DNA of 63,163 nt, filler included, from Octopus bimaculoides (Eukaryota), in assembly GCF_001194135.2 (NCBI RefSeq). It is 4 parts of 4 records of this genome, joined end to end, with 100 filler letters (N's around TTAATTAATTAA, not from the genome) between each part and the next. Parts side by side here need not be neighbours in the genome. Positions count along the whole stretch, not along the records: positions 42,089 to 52,192 come from NC_068985.1; positions 52,293 to 63,163 come from NC_068992.1; 2 more parts are not named here. One strand, given 5' to 3'. Below the pieces are notes generated by a model. It did no database searches, was not told where the DNA came from, and was given only the letters and a program-made list of their open reading frames with translations. Numbering within the stretch: the stretch's first letter is position 1; each line of letters starts with the position of its first letter. Below are positions 42,089 to 52,933 of the stretch, one piece after another. Both the position numbers and the translations under genes were made by a program.

Positions 42089-42481
42089 CTGCTGTAATAA
42101 TACACATACACATACATGTATCACTCACATACATACTTTTCTTTGTACGACGGCCTGTCTTTGATTATGTTCTTATATGTCGCATTCACACTCTCACACA
42201 GACATACATCTTTAACGCCACAATAAATATCTCTGTTATTCATCTAATACGGTTGTGGTCTTTCATTACTGGTCATCTATGTTATCGTCGCATAACATAT
42301 CATGTATATCATCCATCGATATATAATTGTGTTCGACCGTGTGACACGTTTAAATAAAAGGAGTCCTCTGTTTTTCCATTCGTCACCATTTCTCCTTTTT
42401 GAGTTCGCACGGTCGTCCCTTACAGATAAATAAAAGTTCATAATATTAAAAAAAAAGAAAGAAAAGAAAAATGTTACTTAC

Positions 42482-42562
42482 CAGACCAAATTGGGTTGTC
42501 ATAAGCAGTACCGGCACCAAAATATTCATAGAGAGATTTCTTCAAATGATCTGCATTGATAC
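42482..42562 (-). CDS. SELENOJ: SelJ/J1-crystallin-like gene, exon 3 ((G)INADHLKKSLYEYFGAGTAYDNPIWS(G))
   Basis: ctttttgtcaatag acceptor and GTAAGT donor (forward acttac 42476-42481). 81 nt, phase 1-1, in frame with exon 2. Aligns by eye with the SelJ segment G.N.DDLK.....FFGPGS.YD.P. Confidence 0.88.
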
Positions 42563-43015
42563 CTATTGACAAAAAGTTAAGGCTTATTTTTACTGTTTGC
42601 TGAGTAGTAGTACAGATCATTATATTTAAACATTATGACATCATGATAGAAGTCACAAAATTATTGAAGCAGAAGACTATTGATGCAATAATAGAAATTA
42701 TTCCATAATCTGGACAAAACCAGAAGAATTCCTGCAGAGAAGTTCAAAGTGCCTCTCATGTAAAAATCTATAATGGAAAAATAGGTATAGTCAAAAGCCT
42801 ATATATGGAGTTATCTGGAAACTGCTTTGTTTTCCAATCAATGATCAGGATAAATGGTTACACAAGGAAGAAATTTTGTTTGTTGGTGTAAAGAATAAAC
42901 AATAATTATGGCTTGAATGCAAGTACCAAACGAACCATCATCTTTTTCTGCCTCCTCCTCTTATAATTTATGTGAATAATACCAATGTAGTGTTTGTCTT
43001 CTTACTACATCAGTC

Positions 43016-43339
43016 GTGAAGGCACATGGCTTAGTGGTTAGGGCATTCAGCTCACGATCGTAAGGTCGTGAGTTCAATTCCTGGCGATGCGTTCTGTCCT
43101 TGAGCAAGATGCTTTATTTCACGTTGCTCCAGTTCACTCAGCTGGCAAAAATGAGTAGTACCTGTATTTCAAAGGGCTAGCCTTGTCACACTCTGTGTCA
43201 CGCTGAATCTCCCTGAGAACTACATTAGGGGTACATGTGTCTGTGGATTGCTCAGTCACTTGCACGTTAATTTCACAAGCAAGCTGTACCACTGATCGTA
43301 TCAGCTGGGACCCTCGTCGTCGTAACCGACGGAGTGCTC
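43016..43339 (+). mobile_element. Full-length SINE family C (OR-like, CORE-like centre) with 15-bp TSD, in SelJ intron 2
   Basis: TSD cttactacatcagtc at 43001-43015 and 43340-43354. tRNA-like head; centre tgtccttgagcaag...ccagttcactcagctggcaaaaatgagtagtacct resembles the CORE domain. Confidence 0.92.
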
Positions 43340-44109
43340 CTTACTACATCAGTCAATGCTTGTTTTTCTTAATTCACTTAGTCTCAATATTTTCCTAAAG
43401 ATAATGTAGAACATCCTATTTACTCCTCATCAATCATATGTGCCTTCTATTACATTCCCCTTTGTTGCTGCAAGCAGGACTAGCTCAAAGTACCAGCAAC
43501 TTGGGCCGTCACCCAGGGCGTCATGTGCTAGGGAGCACCAAGGAGGGTGTGACAAAGACAAGGAAATTTCCACAACCGTCAGCTTGTACATACCGAAGTT
43601 CAGCTTGCCTGGGGTGCCTGCAACCTCAGGGCCAGCCCTGGCTCTGCAAGTACCTGCAATATGTTACTGTCTTGTCACCACACATGCCCCTGATATGTCT
43701 TAATCCCAGTGCTACATGTACTTCTAGCATGTCCTCTTCCTACCTAGTAATACCCTTCAGTTGCCACACATGCCCCTACTACATCTCCTTCTGTCACTGC
43801 ATGTGTCCTTAGTACATTCCACTTTGTTGCTACATGTGTCCCTATATTTATCTCTGTCACTGCACATGTTTCTAGCATACAACACTCACATTGCTGCATG
43901 TACCTCTAGCATCTTCCCCTCTTATTACCACATGTGCCTCTATGGCAGTTGTCTCAGTCGACACTTGTTCCCCAGCTACATTCTTCACTGTTACTGCACA
44001 ACCCGCTATTATGTTCTCTTCCCATCACTGCATGTGCTCCTACTATATTCCCCTCCTGTCACTGTACATACCTCTACTATATTCCCTATCACTACATCCT
44101 CAACATTCT

Positions 44110-44342
44110 TATTTCTTTATTGCCCACAAGGAGCTAAACACAGAGGGGACAAACAAGGACAGACAAAGGGATTAAGTCGATAACACTGACCCCAGTGCAT
44201 AACTAGTACTTAATTTATCGACCCTGAAAGGATGAAAGGCAAAGTCAACCTCGATGGAACTTGAACTCAGAACATAATGGCAGACGAAATACCGCTAAGT
44301 ATTTCCCCCGACGTGCTAACGTTTCTGCCAGCTCGCAGCCTT
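44110..44342 (-). mobile_element. Full-length SINE family A variant with 15-bp TSD
   Basis: TSD catcctcaacattct at 44095-44109 and 44343-44357. Confidence 0.92.
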
Positions 44343-44929
44343 CATCCTCAACATTCTCTTATCACTACAACACACTCCCCTACCAATGCTATATATTATC
44401 TACAGACCTCCTCCTATCACAGTACACCTCCCAAATGACTACATAGCCTCTACCCAATTACAGTATATTAAAAAAAATTGTCAATCGTTGTGTAAAGAGA
44501 GACAATATTGTCATTTAGCCCCAGGTCAGCCTTGATCAACAAACCAACAGCCAAACTATCTTTCAGTTTCCAAAATACTCCTTGATATTTTAAGACTATC
44601 ATGTGTGATATGAAGAAGGTTTGGCTGCTATTTCTAGCAAGTCAGACAACCATATAAAGGTTCACTGATTAAGAGAAGCAATAGTTCATTAAACTGAGAA
44701 CATTTCTCATGAATGAGATACTGAAACACTGAAGTGTCTGTGTGGAAAGGATTTAATCAAGGAGGGGGCAGCTTTAAATTAAAAGAAATCATTGGATATA
44801 AAAGAAATTAGTCTTCAGATTGGAATTGACAGGAAAGAGACAACAGAAAACAATAAAATATTGTTCTTGTTTACATTAAAGATGCAGGTAAGGTTGTATA
44901 GTTCGTTATAAAGTTCACTTTGTAAGCAC

Positions 44930-45495
44930 TGGTTCAATCCTACTGAGTGTTATTTTGGACAAATGTCTTCTACATAAGCCTGGTGCTGATCAAGGACTTG
45001 TGAGTGAGACTGGCAGATGGAAACTGTGAGGAGGCCCATTGTGTGTGTGTGAGCATATGTGTGTGCACGTGCAAGTGTCAATGTGTGCATGTGTGTGTGT
45101 GTGTGCACAGGCATGGCTGTCTGGTAGAGGAGTTCACTTCCCAACCATGTGGTTTTAGGTTCAGTCCCACCACTGCATGGCACCTTGGGAAAGGGTCTTC
45201 TACTATAGACTCAGGCTGACCAAAGCATTGTGAAATGGATTTGATAAGCAGAAACTTAAAGAAACCTGTCATATATATATATGTGTGTGTGTGTCCTTAT
45301 TTTGACAGTGCAATAATTGTAAATGAGCATCAGTGTCATACAAGTGGTGTTCTTTGTTCCCAATCTTCTGTGCGAACATGCACAGCAATGGAGAAGTATT
45401 GTCTTGCTTAGAAACCTGTAAGGGTTGATCACAGGAAGGACAGTGTTAACCCATGTCTGACCCATGCGAGCATGGGAAAGTGAATATTGAAATGA
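44930..45495 (+). mobile_element. Two SINE family B heads and an alternative tail, CpG-decayed
   Basis: Heads at ~44930-45045 and ~45108-45275 (ggttcagtccc...ggcaccttggg); tail at ~45290-45495 ending gacccatgcgagcatgggaaagtg. Confidence 0.8.
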
Positions 45496-45924
45496 TGATG
45501 ATTATGTGTGTGTATGCATGTGTGCATAAATGTCAATTCCATGCATCATCATTAGCACTGTCGGTGTAGAACTTGGTGACATTCTTTATTTTCTTCAGGG
45601 GGCACATGTTTTGTAAATCTGTGGATGTATGAGGATTGGTTTGATAAGAAAATACTTTCCTTGTAAAACAAAGCATGGTGACAGGCAGGGTATCAAGCTG
45701 TAGAAAACTATGCTGTATAACTTATACCAGCAGAGAAAAACAGATGAACAAGATTTAGTGAGGAAGGTGCAATAGAAGGTTATTATATATGTCCTTAGTT
45801 TCTGTAGAAGTGCAATGTGCATACCCTTACCTTTTACTGAAACTTAGTGAGTATTCCTGGGTAAGCAGGGTGCATGTGTGAAATACTGGTTAATTTTTTG
45901 TTTTATAATTCTTGAAAAACTAAC

Positions 45925-46101
45925 CTGAATTTTCCACAAGGGATTTCAAAACAACAAAATTTTGGTCTCCATAACAGGTTTGCTTGCCAGTCTTTTGCAC
46001 ATAGAATGGATTCTGTGATGGTTCCCAGAATTCCCAATCACTTCTTGTACTCAGTAAAGCAGTCAACTTTTCTTTGTTGTAGTTCCAATGAATTGGTTGC
46101 A
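45925..46101 (-). CDS. SELENOJ: SelJ/J1-crystallin-like gene, exon 2 (QPIHWNYNKEKLTALLSTRSDWEFWEPSQNPFYVQKTGKQTCYGDQNFVVLKSLVENS)
   Basis: Polypyrimidine tract and ctacag acceptor (intron ends at 46102), GTTAGT donor at 45924. 177 nt, phase 1-1, no stops. Matches the SelJ motifs QP.HW.Y, S.NPFY...TG.Q.CYGDQ..V.L.SL as recalled from fish SelJ and cnidarian J1-crystallin. Confidence 0.92.
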
Positions 46102-47179
46102 CTGTAGAGGATAAAAAGACAAAATTTTTAAGCTAGGAAAACTTACAAATTTCATTGCACCATTATTTTCTGTGCACTTTCCATGCCAGTATGGATTTGT
46201 AGCCACGTTTTGCCACATAGCAATCATATTATCCAATGAATAGCTGTTGTTCATATGATAGTTTGGTGGTTTGTCTAGACTTTCTGTGAACACAACCTAA
46301 AAATACAACCCAGTTGAATGCCAAAATTTCAGAGTGAATCTATTTCCTGTTAGCATTCACTCTCCCCATAGCTGTTTTCACAGCTACATATTCAACTTGG
46401 AATGATTGAAGAAGACACACCATGGCATGTGAATAAGTATCTGATGTGTAAATATTAGCTCAAATGTTGAATTTCTAACAAAGACTTTCAGCACATGTTA
46501 TAAACATTGTCTCATCTGAATATTTCTCTTTGTTTGTATTGCACGAGTACCTTCTCTATTAATGTAACAAAAGATTATGTTTTAACACACAAAAAAAATC
46601 CTTTCACTGTTACAGATTAAATGGGTCATCACAATCTGTTCTATTTCATAGCTACTACTTTCACAGATAGGTTGAAGGACCCTGCCTCATTTGTTATATT
46701 TTCAGTTTGGTTTCTATGGTTAGATGACTTTCCTATTAACAGCCACTATGCATAATGCATTGGGGTGGGTGGGGGAGATGATGCAGGGACGTAACAACCT
46801 CTTTAGTGTTGGTGTTGCAATAAAATGCAGCACCAGCACTTAGGACATGTCCTTGACAGGACTAAAGAGTCACATCAATCTCAACCAATTTATAACAGAC
46901 TGCAACGTTAATCACATCAATCTGTCCAACATGCAATGTCATAGGCACAACTCTCTTCTTGACTAAACACAAAAGCTGTAACAAAATAACTAGTTCTGCA
47001 TGTTAACCTCAGAGTAATGCTTACTGTATTTTCTGGTATATAAGTCAACATAGTATATAGTGTAAAACATCATCACTATTTTTTCAAACTCTGCTTCATC
47101 TCACATGGAATTTTTGGTCTTCAAGAGTGGTCTTGGTATGTAAGTCGACCTACCTAATTTTGGCTGGAAATTTTCATCG

Positions 47180-47965
47180 GAAAAATTCAACTTGTGTTTC
47201 AGTCATTAGACTGTGGCCACACTGTTGCACCACCTTGAAGAATGTTTAGTCAAATGAATTGACCCCAGGACTTGCTTTAAAGTCTGGTTCTTATTCTATT
47301 CTTTTTTGCTGAACTGCTAAGTTACAGGGATGTAAACACACCAATGCTGGTTGTTAAGTGGTGGTAGGGAACAGACACAGACACCAAGACACACACATAT
47401 ATATGTAGTTGAAATTTACAGAAAAACAAAAGACAAAGACAGGTGTATGAACAATAGGTAGGTGTATTAGTATGACACTCGGGGAAAGTGAGAAAGTCTT
47501 TTACATTTTGAGCCTACACTCTTCAATAGAAAGAAACATGAGGAAATAAACAGAGAAATATATATATATCATCATCATCATCATCATCGTTTAACGTCCG
47601 CTTTCCATGCTAGCATGGGTTGGACGATTTGACTGAGGACTGGTGAAACNNNNNNNNNNCCGCTTTCCATGCTAGCATGGGTTGGACGATTTGACTGAGG
47701 ACTGGTGAAACCGGATGGCAACACCAGGCTCCAATCTAAATTTGGCAGAGTTTCTACAGCTGGATGCCCTTCCTAATGCCATATATATATTAATATATAT
47801 GATGTGCTTCTTTTTGGTTTCTGCCTACCAAATCCAGTCACAAGGCTCTACCTGGCTCAAGACTATAGTAGAAGACACTTGTCCAAGGTGCCATGCAGGA
47901 GGACTGAAACTTAAATCTTGTAGTTGGCAAGCAAGCTTCTTACTACACAGTTATGTCTGCACCTA
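47180..47965 (-). mobile_element. Cluster of SINE modules in SelJ intron 1 (family B tail 47180-47395, alternative tail 47580-47785, family B head 47810-47965)
   Basis: Reverse-complement matches to the modules seen elsewhere; CpGs largely converted to TpG/CpA. Confidence 0.8.
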
Positions 47966-48789
47966 TACTGCAAAATACTGTACAATTAATTATTTAGACC
48001 ATTTATTAGAAATAAGGTTTTAACTTGGAGATTACCTTTATTATGAGTTATATTCTACAGGACTAACACAAAAAGTAGGACTTAAAAATGGAGCATTTTT
48101 TTTCACAGCTTAACCATTTAGTATCCAGATTACTGTCAAGTGCAATGCATATTTATTCATATTGCTTTGAATTAATCTTACATTATCATATAGCATCAAG
48201 ATTTCAATGATGGGATTGCTTATTTTTAGAATGAGGTTGTAGGAAAGTGTGAGAGGCTGGACCTAGTCAGTTTAAATGTAAAACAGGTAGAAAATTTTGG
48301 GCTGGATATTGCCAGTTTAAAGGTTAATCAGGGAAGGAATGGCAACACACAAAATCTATTTTTTGTGAAGACTGTTGGGAAGAAGGAGAATTTGAGACTG
48401 AAACTAGAGCTGTGGCCTGAATGCTTTCAACAGAAAGGACTGTAATGAAACTACAAAAGGACCAGGCAGTGGTGTTAAACTGGGTGAAAGATTTTATCTA
48501 TTTACCAACCATGAAATTTGAAATTAAAGAGATGGAACAGATACTGCCAGGAGCCAGGTCTGGCGTTCTAGTAGTTCCAACAGTCAAACAACCTGGAACT
48601 GATATTATATTTTATTGACCTTGAAAGGATGAAAGGTAAAGTTGACCTCAGCAAGCTTTGAACTCAAAGACGAAAAAGAAATATTCATCACAAAGCATTT
48701 TGTCCTACACCCCCAAAGATTCAGCCATTTCCATGCACGTTATACATTTATATCTGCAACAATTTGCATTTTTTCTAGGGAAAAGAAAT

Positions 48790-49183
48790 TGTTGTTGTTG
48801 TTGGCACTCCGTCACTTACGACGTTGAGGGTTCCAGTTGATCCAATCAACGGAACAGCCTGCTCGTGAAATTAACGTGCAAGTGGCTGAGCACTCCACAG
48901 ACACGTGTACCCTTAACGTAGGTCTCAGGATATTTAGCATGACACAGTGTGATAAGGCTGACCCTTTGAATTACAGGCACAACAGAAACAGGAAGTAAGA
49001 GTGAGAGAAAGTTGTGGTGAAAGAGTACAACAGGGTTCACCACCATCCCCTGCCGGAGCCTCGTGGAGCTTTTAGGTGTTTTCGCTCAATAAACACTCAC
49101 AACACCTTGTCTGGGAATCAAAACCTCGATCCTATGACCGCGAGTCTGCTGCCCTAACCACTGGGCCATTGCGCCTCCACCGA
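48790..49183 (-). mobile_element. Full-length young SINE family C (tRNA-Arg-like head, (AAC)n tail) with 10-bp TSD
   Basis: TSD gaaaagaaat at 48780-48789 and 49184-49193. Head ggaggcgcaatggcccagtggttagggcagcagactcgcgg. CpGs retained. Confidence 0.93.
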
Positions 49184-49488
49184 GAAAAGAAATAGAGACT
49201 TATATATTCAATGATAAGTTAATCCTTTAGCATTTAAACTGGCCACATTCAGCCAAAATATTCTACCCACTCTATGTTCAAACTGGCCAAATCTGGTTCC
49301 TCACACCTACTCTACAATGTCATTCTTTAAATATATTATCACATCATCAAACTCTTGAAGCTACAAGATAATTCATAATTAATTCAAAACAATGTGAATA
49401 AATAAGCAGAATATTTAACAGAATAATCTGAATGCCAGAAGGTTAAACTTAGAAGCAATAAAGTTATGTGTGCGTATGGTGGTGGTGG

Positions 49489-49590
49489 GTGAGAGAGTGA
49501 GGGTAAGAGAGAGTGAGGGTAAGAGAGAGTGAGGGTAAGAGAGAGTGAGGGTAAGAGAGAGTGAGGGTAAGAGAGAGAGAGAGGGGGTAG
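49489..49590. repeat. 16-bp minisatellite (GAGAGAGTGAGGGTAA) x ~5
   Basis: Directly visible. Confidence 0.9.
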
Positions 49591-50139
49591 AGAGAAGCTT
49601 CAAAATGAGACATGCAAGGTAAAACCTGGTGCTGATGTAAAGTAGCCAATTATTTCATTAAGTGGTTATTCTACCAGTGTCAAATTTTGTTTCATTGCTA
49701 AAATAATATGACAGAACCAACAAGAGACTATCACTTCTACTATTATCAGAGCTGACCAAACTAGCTTCTCAATGAAGTACTTGACTTAAACTGTTAAATG
49801 TTCTCTTAGATATTTATTGTTAAAAGTGAGGTCACACGCTGGAAGTCATGATCTCAAGATAAAGTTGAAGAGGCTTTGAATAGAAAGTTAGATGCAAATT
49901 AAGTTTATATTACACCAAAGCTATAAATAATATCATGTTGGCTTAAACTGACTTAGATTGTATAACTGAAGTGCTGCTGAATAACTTTAGAATATTATTA
50001 TCATTTATTAGAGATCTGCTTAATCATGAGTTACATTTTACAACAACGACTTAAGTAGGACTCAGAATGGACTGACATAGCAGTTTCTGTCTAACAGTCA
50101 AACCCATGCCTGCATATGAGTGAGAGAGAGAGAACGACA

Positions 50140-50377
50140 CAGTTGTAGCCAAAAGTTTGGAACACTTTTTTGAAAATTAAAATTGTTAAGCCCAAGTACA
50201 GTTTGATTTAAATATATACAACATTTAACAGTCGAAAACTTTGGGCATTCAACATAAAATTCTAATTTTCAAACTTTTGGCCAAGTAATGATATACTGCA
50301 AATTGAATGTAATTTTGGGCATTTAATATAAAAGTTCTAATTTTCAGACCTATGTTCCAAACTTTTGGCCACAACTG
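50140..50377. mobile_element. 238-bp Tc1-type MITE in SelJ intron 1
   Basis: 25-bp TIRs with one mismatch: cagttgtagccaaaagtttggaaca / tgttccaaacttttggccacaactg. Internal direct repeats ttgggcatt...ttctaattttca. Confidence 0.85.
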
Positions 50378-51841
50378 TGCATACATGCATAGCACCTTAG
50401 AAAATACTAATAACTCTGGGAAGTAGGTTTCTAAGATAATTAACACTCTAATTAACAGGGAACTGCAGAAGCTCAGCCAATTTTTGTCACTAACCTTGTT
50501 TACACATTTATAAAAAACAAGTTGATTTTTTTTTAGGCTCTTTTCTTTTCTGTAGTGTTTGTATGTGTGTGCGCGTGTCTTAAACAGACTTCAGAAATGA
50601 TATTTCACCATTTGGTAACTTCGGCTGACAGGTGTGCAATTATTTGTAAAATAGGACATGTCAGCCAAAAACTTTTTTTAATTTTTTTATTCCAGTCTAT
50701 TAATTTCTATTTTAATCATCGTTCATCTTATTTAAAAGATATCGTATTGTTCTGCAACATTTCGTCTGCTATTATTTTGGGGCAATTAAATAGTTTTGTT
50801 TTCGACAAAGTGAAACTATTTGTTCGGCAAGTTCCGTAAAACATTTTTATTTCTTTACTTTTTTCAGCTTACATAGATTTCTACATATATACATAAACGT
50901 AAACGATTCGTAAAAACATAAAACATGTATAAATGTATATTTATGTGTGTATGTGTTTCTATATATGTGTGTATGTAACTGTGTGAAGTTCCGTATAAAA
51001 TTTTTATTCCTTTAACGTTTTATTTTTTGCGCGCACACACATTGTTTTTCACTTGCACGAGCGACTTGAATATTGACATACACTCGCACACATGTTTTCC
51101 CGAAACGATTACGTTTATGTAATTTTGTGTGTGTATGTATGTAGAGGTCTGTGTGTAAGCTGAAAAAAAGAAGTAAAGAAATAAAAAATGTTTTACTGAT
51201 TGATTGTTTATTTTGGAATTTACGAAATATTTCAGTTTTCGTATATTATCAATTTAGTTTCTTAAAAGTTCGTTTCATTTCCACAAAAGCAGCCGCCTCG
51301 TTTAGTAACAACGAACAAATAACAAAGCAATTGTTTTTGCGCGTATTCAATCTAAGCGCCTTTAACTTATTTAAAGGGCATGATTTACTGAAAGACAGAC
51401 AGCATGCATTATTATGCAACGCAGTGACATGTAACAACAAAGGAAGTGGTACGAATACACCCAATGTCAAAACGTTTTTATAAACTTAGTGCCAACAAAT
51501 GTTTTTTTTACACAGAATAAGTATATTTCGTTGTTTACATTCGCTTGAAAAATCAAAACAAGTAAATGCTAACCGACATAGGATATAATACAACACGTTT
51601 TATCTTTGAAAGCAATAAATGAACATAAATAAATATTAATTCTTCTTTAATTTTGAAATTGGAAGTATTTATAATCATGTTAATTCCATAAAGTTAATTG
51701 AATAACAGTCTAGAAATTTCGAAGTCGGCAGTCACATTAGAAAAGTAACATCAACGCTAGGAATGTAATTGATGGTAAAAAAAAAAAAAGATCTTANNNN
51801 NNNNNNAAAAAAAAAAAAAAGATCTTATACTAGTGACTTAC

Positions 51842-51905
51842 CAGCAGCATCAGCAACAAGAGAACCGATGACGGCTCCAATTCGACGTTCGGCCACAGCT
51901 GCCAT
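51842..51905 (-). CDS. SELENOJ: SelJ/J1-crystallin-like gene, coding exon 1 (MAAVAERRIGAVIGSLVADAA + phase-1 G)
   Basis: Minus strand reads gaagtcATGG (strong Kozak context), 21 codons plus 1 nt, then a GTAAGT donor (forward acttac 51836-51841). The peptide resembles the SelJ N-terminus (R.IGA..G..VADAAAQP) and splices in frame to exon 2 (G|TG = Val). Confidence 0.88.
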
Positions 51906-52021
51906 GACTTCTGTACTAAGCAAGGATTACTGATAACAAGGGAGATAACTTGCCCAATACTCTGATAGGACAAGGGAAGTAAGTTCGGTTATAGTTATAA
52001 TAGAAGAAGAAATAAGATAGA

Positions 52022-52054
<33 letters not shown>

Positions 52055-52094
52055 GCGCGCGCACGCGCACAAACACACGCACGCGCGCACACAA

Positions 52095-52129
<35 letters not shown>

Positions 52130-52145
52130 ATACAAAGAATATGTT

Positions 52146-52177
<32 letters not shown>

Positions 52178-52878
52178 CTAGCAGTATAACCCNNNNNNNN
52201 NNNNNNNNNNNNNNNNNNNNNNNNNNNNNNNNNNNNTTAATTAATTAANNNNNNNNNNNNNNNNNNNNNNNNNNNNNNNNNNNNNNNNNNNNTATATATA
52301 TATATATATATATGTATGTATATATACATACATACATACAACACCATCAACAACAACAATACCAATAAAGAAGACGATGACGGCGGCGACGGTGGCGGCA
52401 TTAACGGCAAGGAACTGGTCTCTGTTGGTCAATAGAGAAATATTAGAGACAGGTGTTGGCTCGTAAGGAACTCTCTGGAGATAGCTGCAGACAATGGCAC
52501 AACGTGCCGATGTCACACACCGGTCACGTGGCGACACATTGTGCCGTTGGTTTTGTTAGATATCAGCAGTCTGTTACTGGCGAGATTGTGTCGACAACTG
52601 ACGTCTGTTACTGTCCGAAAAATCCATCCATTCACCCATATGTATGTATGCACACACACACACACTCATTCATACATATATAAACACATACATATATAGA
52701 TATGCGTATATGTGTATGTGTGTGTGCGTGTGTATACAAATATATGTATATATGTATGTATGCATGTATGTGTTTATGTATGTATGCCTGTGTATGCGCG
52801 TGTATGTGCAGATAGGTAGACAATATATATAGATAGTGAGATAAATATATAGACAGATAGACAGACAGACAGACAGAC

Positions 52879-52933
<55 letters not shown>

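Noticed and set aside
42300-42425. Open frame just after SelJ exon 3 (GTTVRTQKGEMV...) as a possible exon 4
   Set aside because: Implied intron of ~56 bp, weak acceptor and no SelJ motifs.
47620-47710. ~51-bp direct repeat across a 10-N gap (similar cases at ~51775-51826 and ~37900-37960)
   Set aside because: Looks like unmerged contig overlap, not a true duplication.
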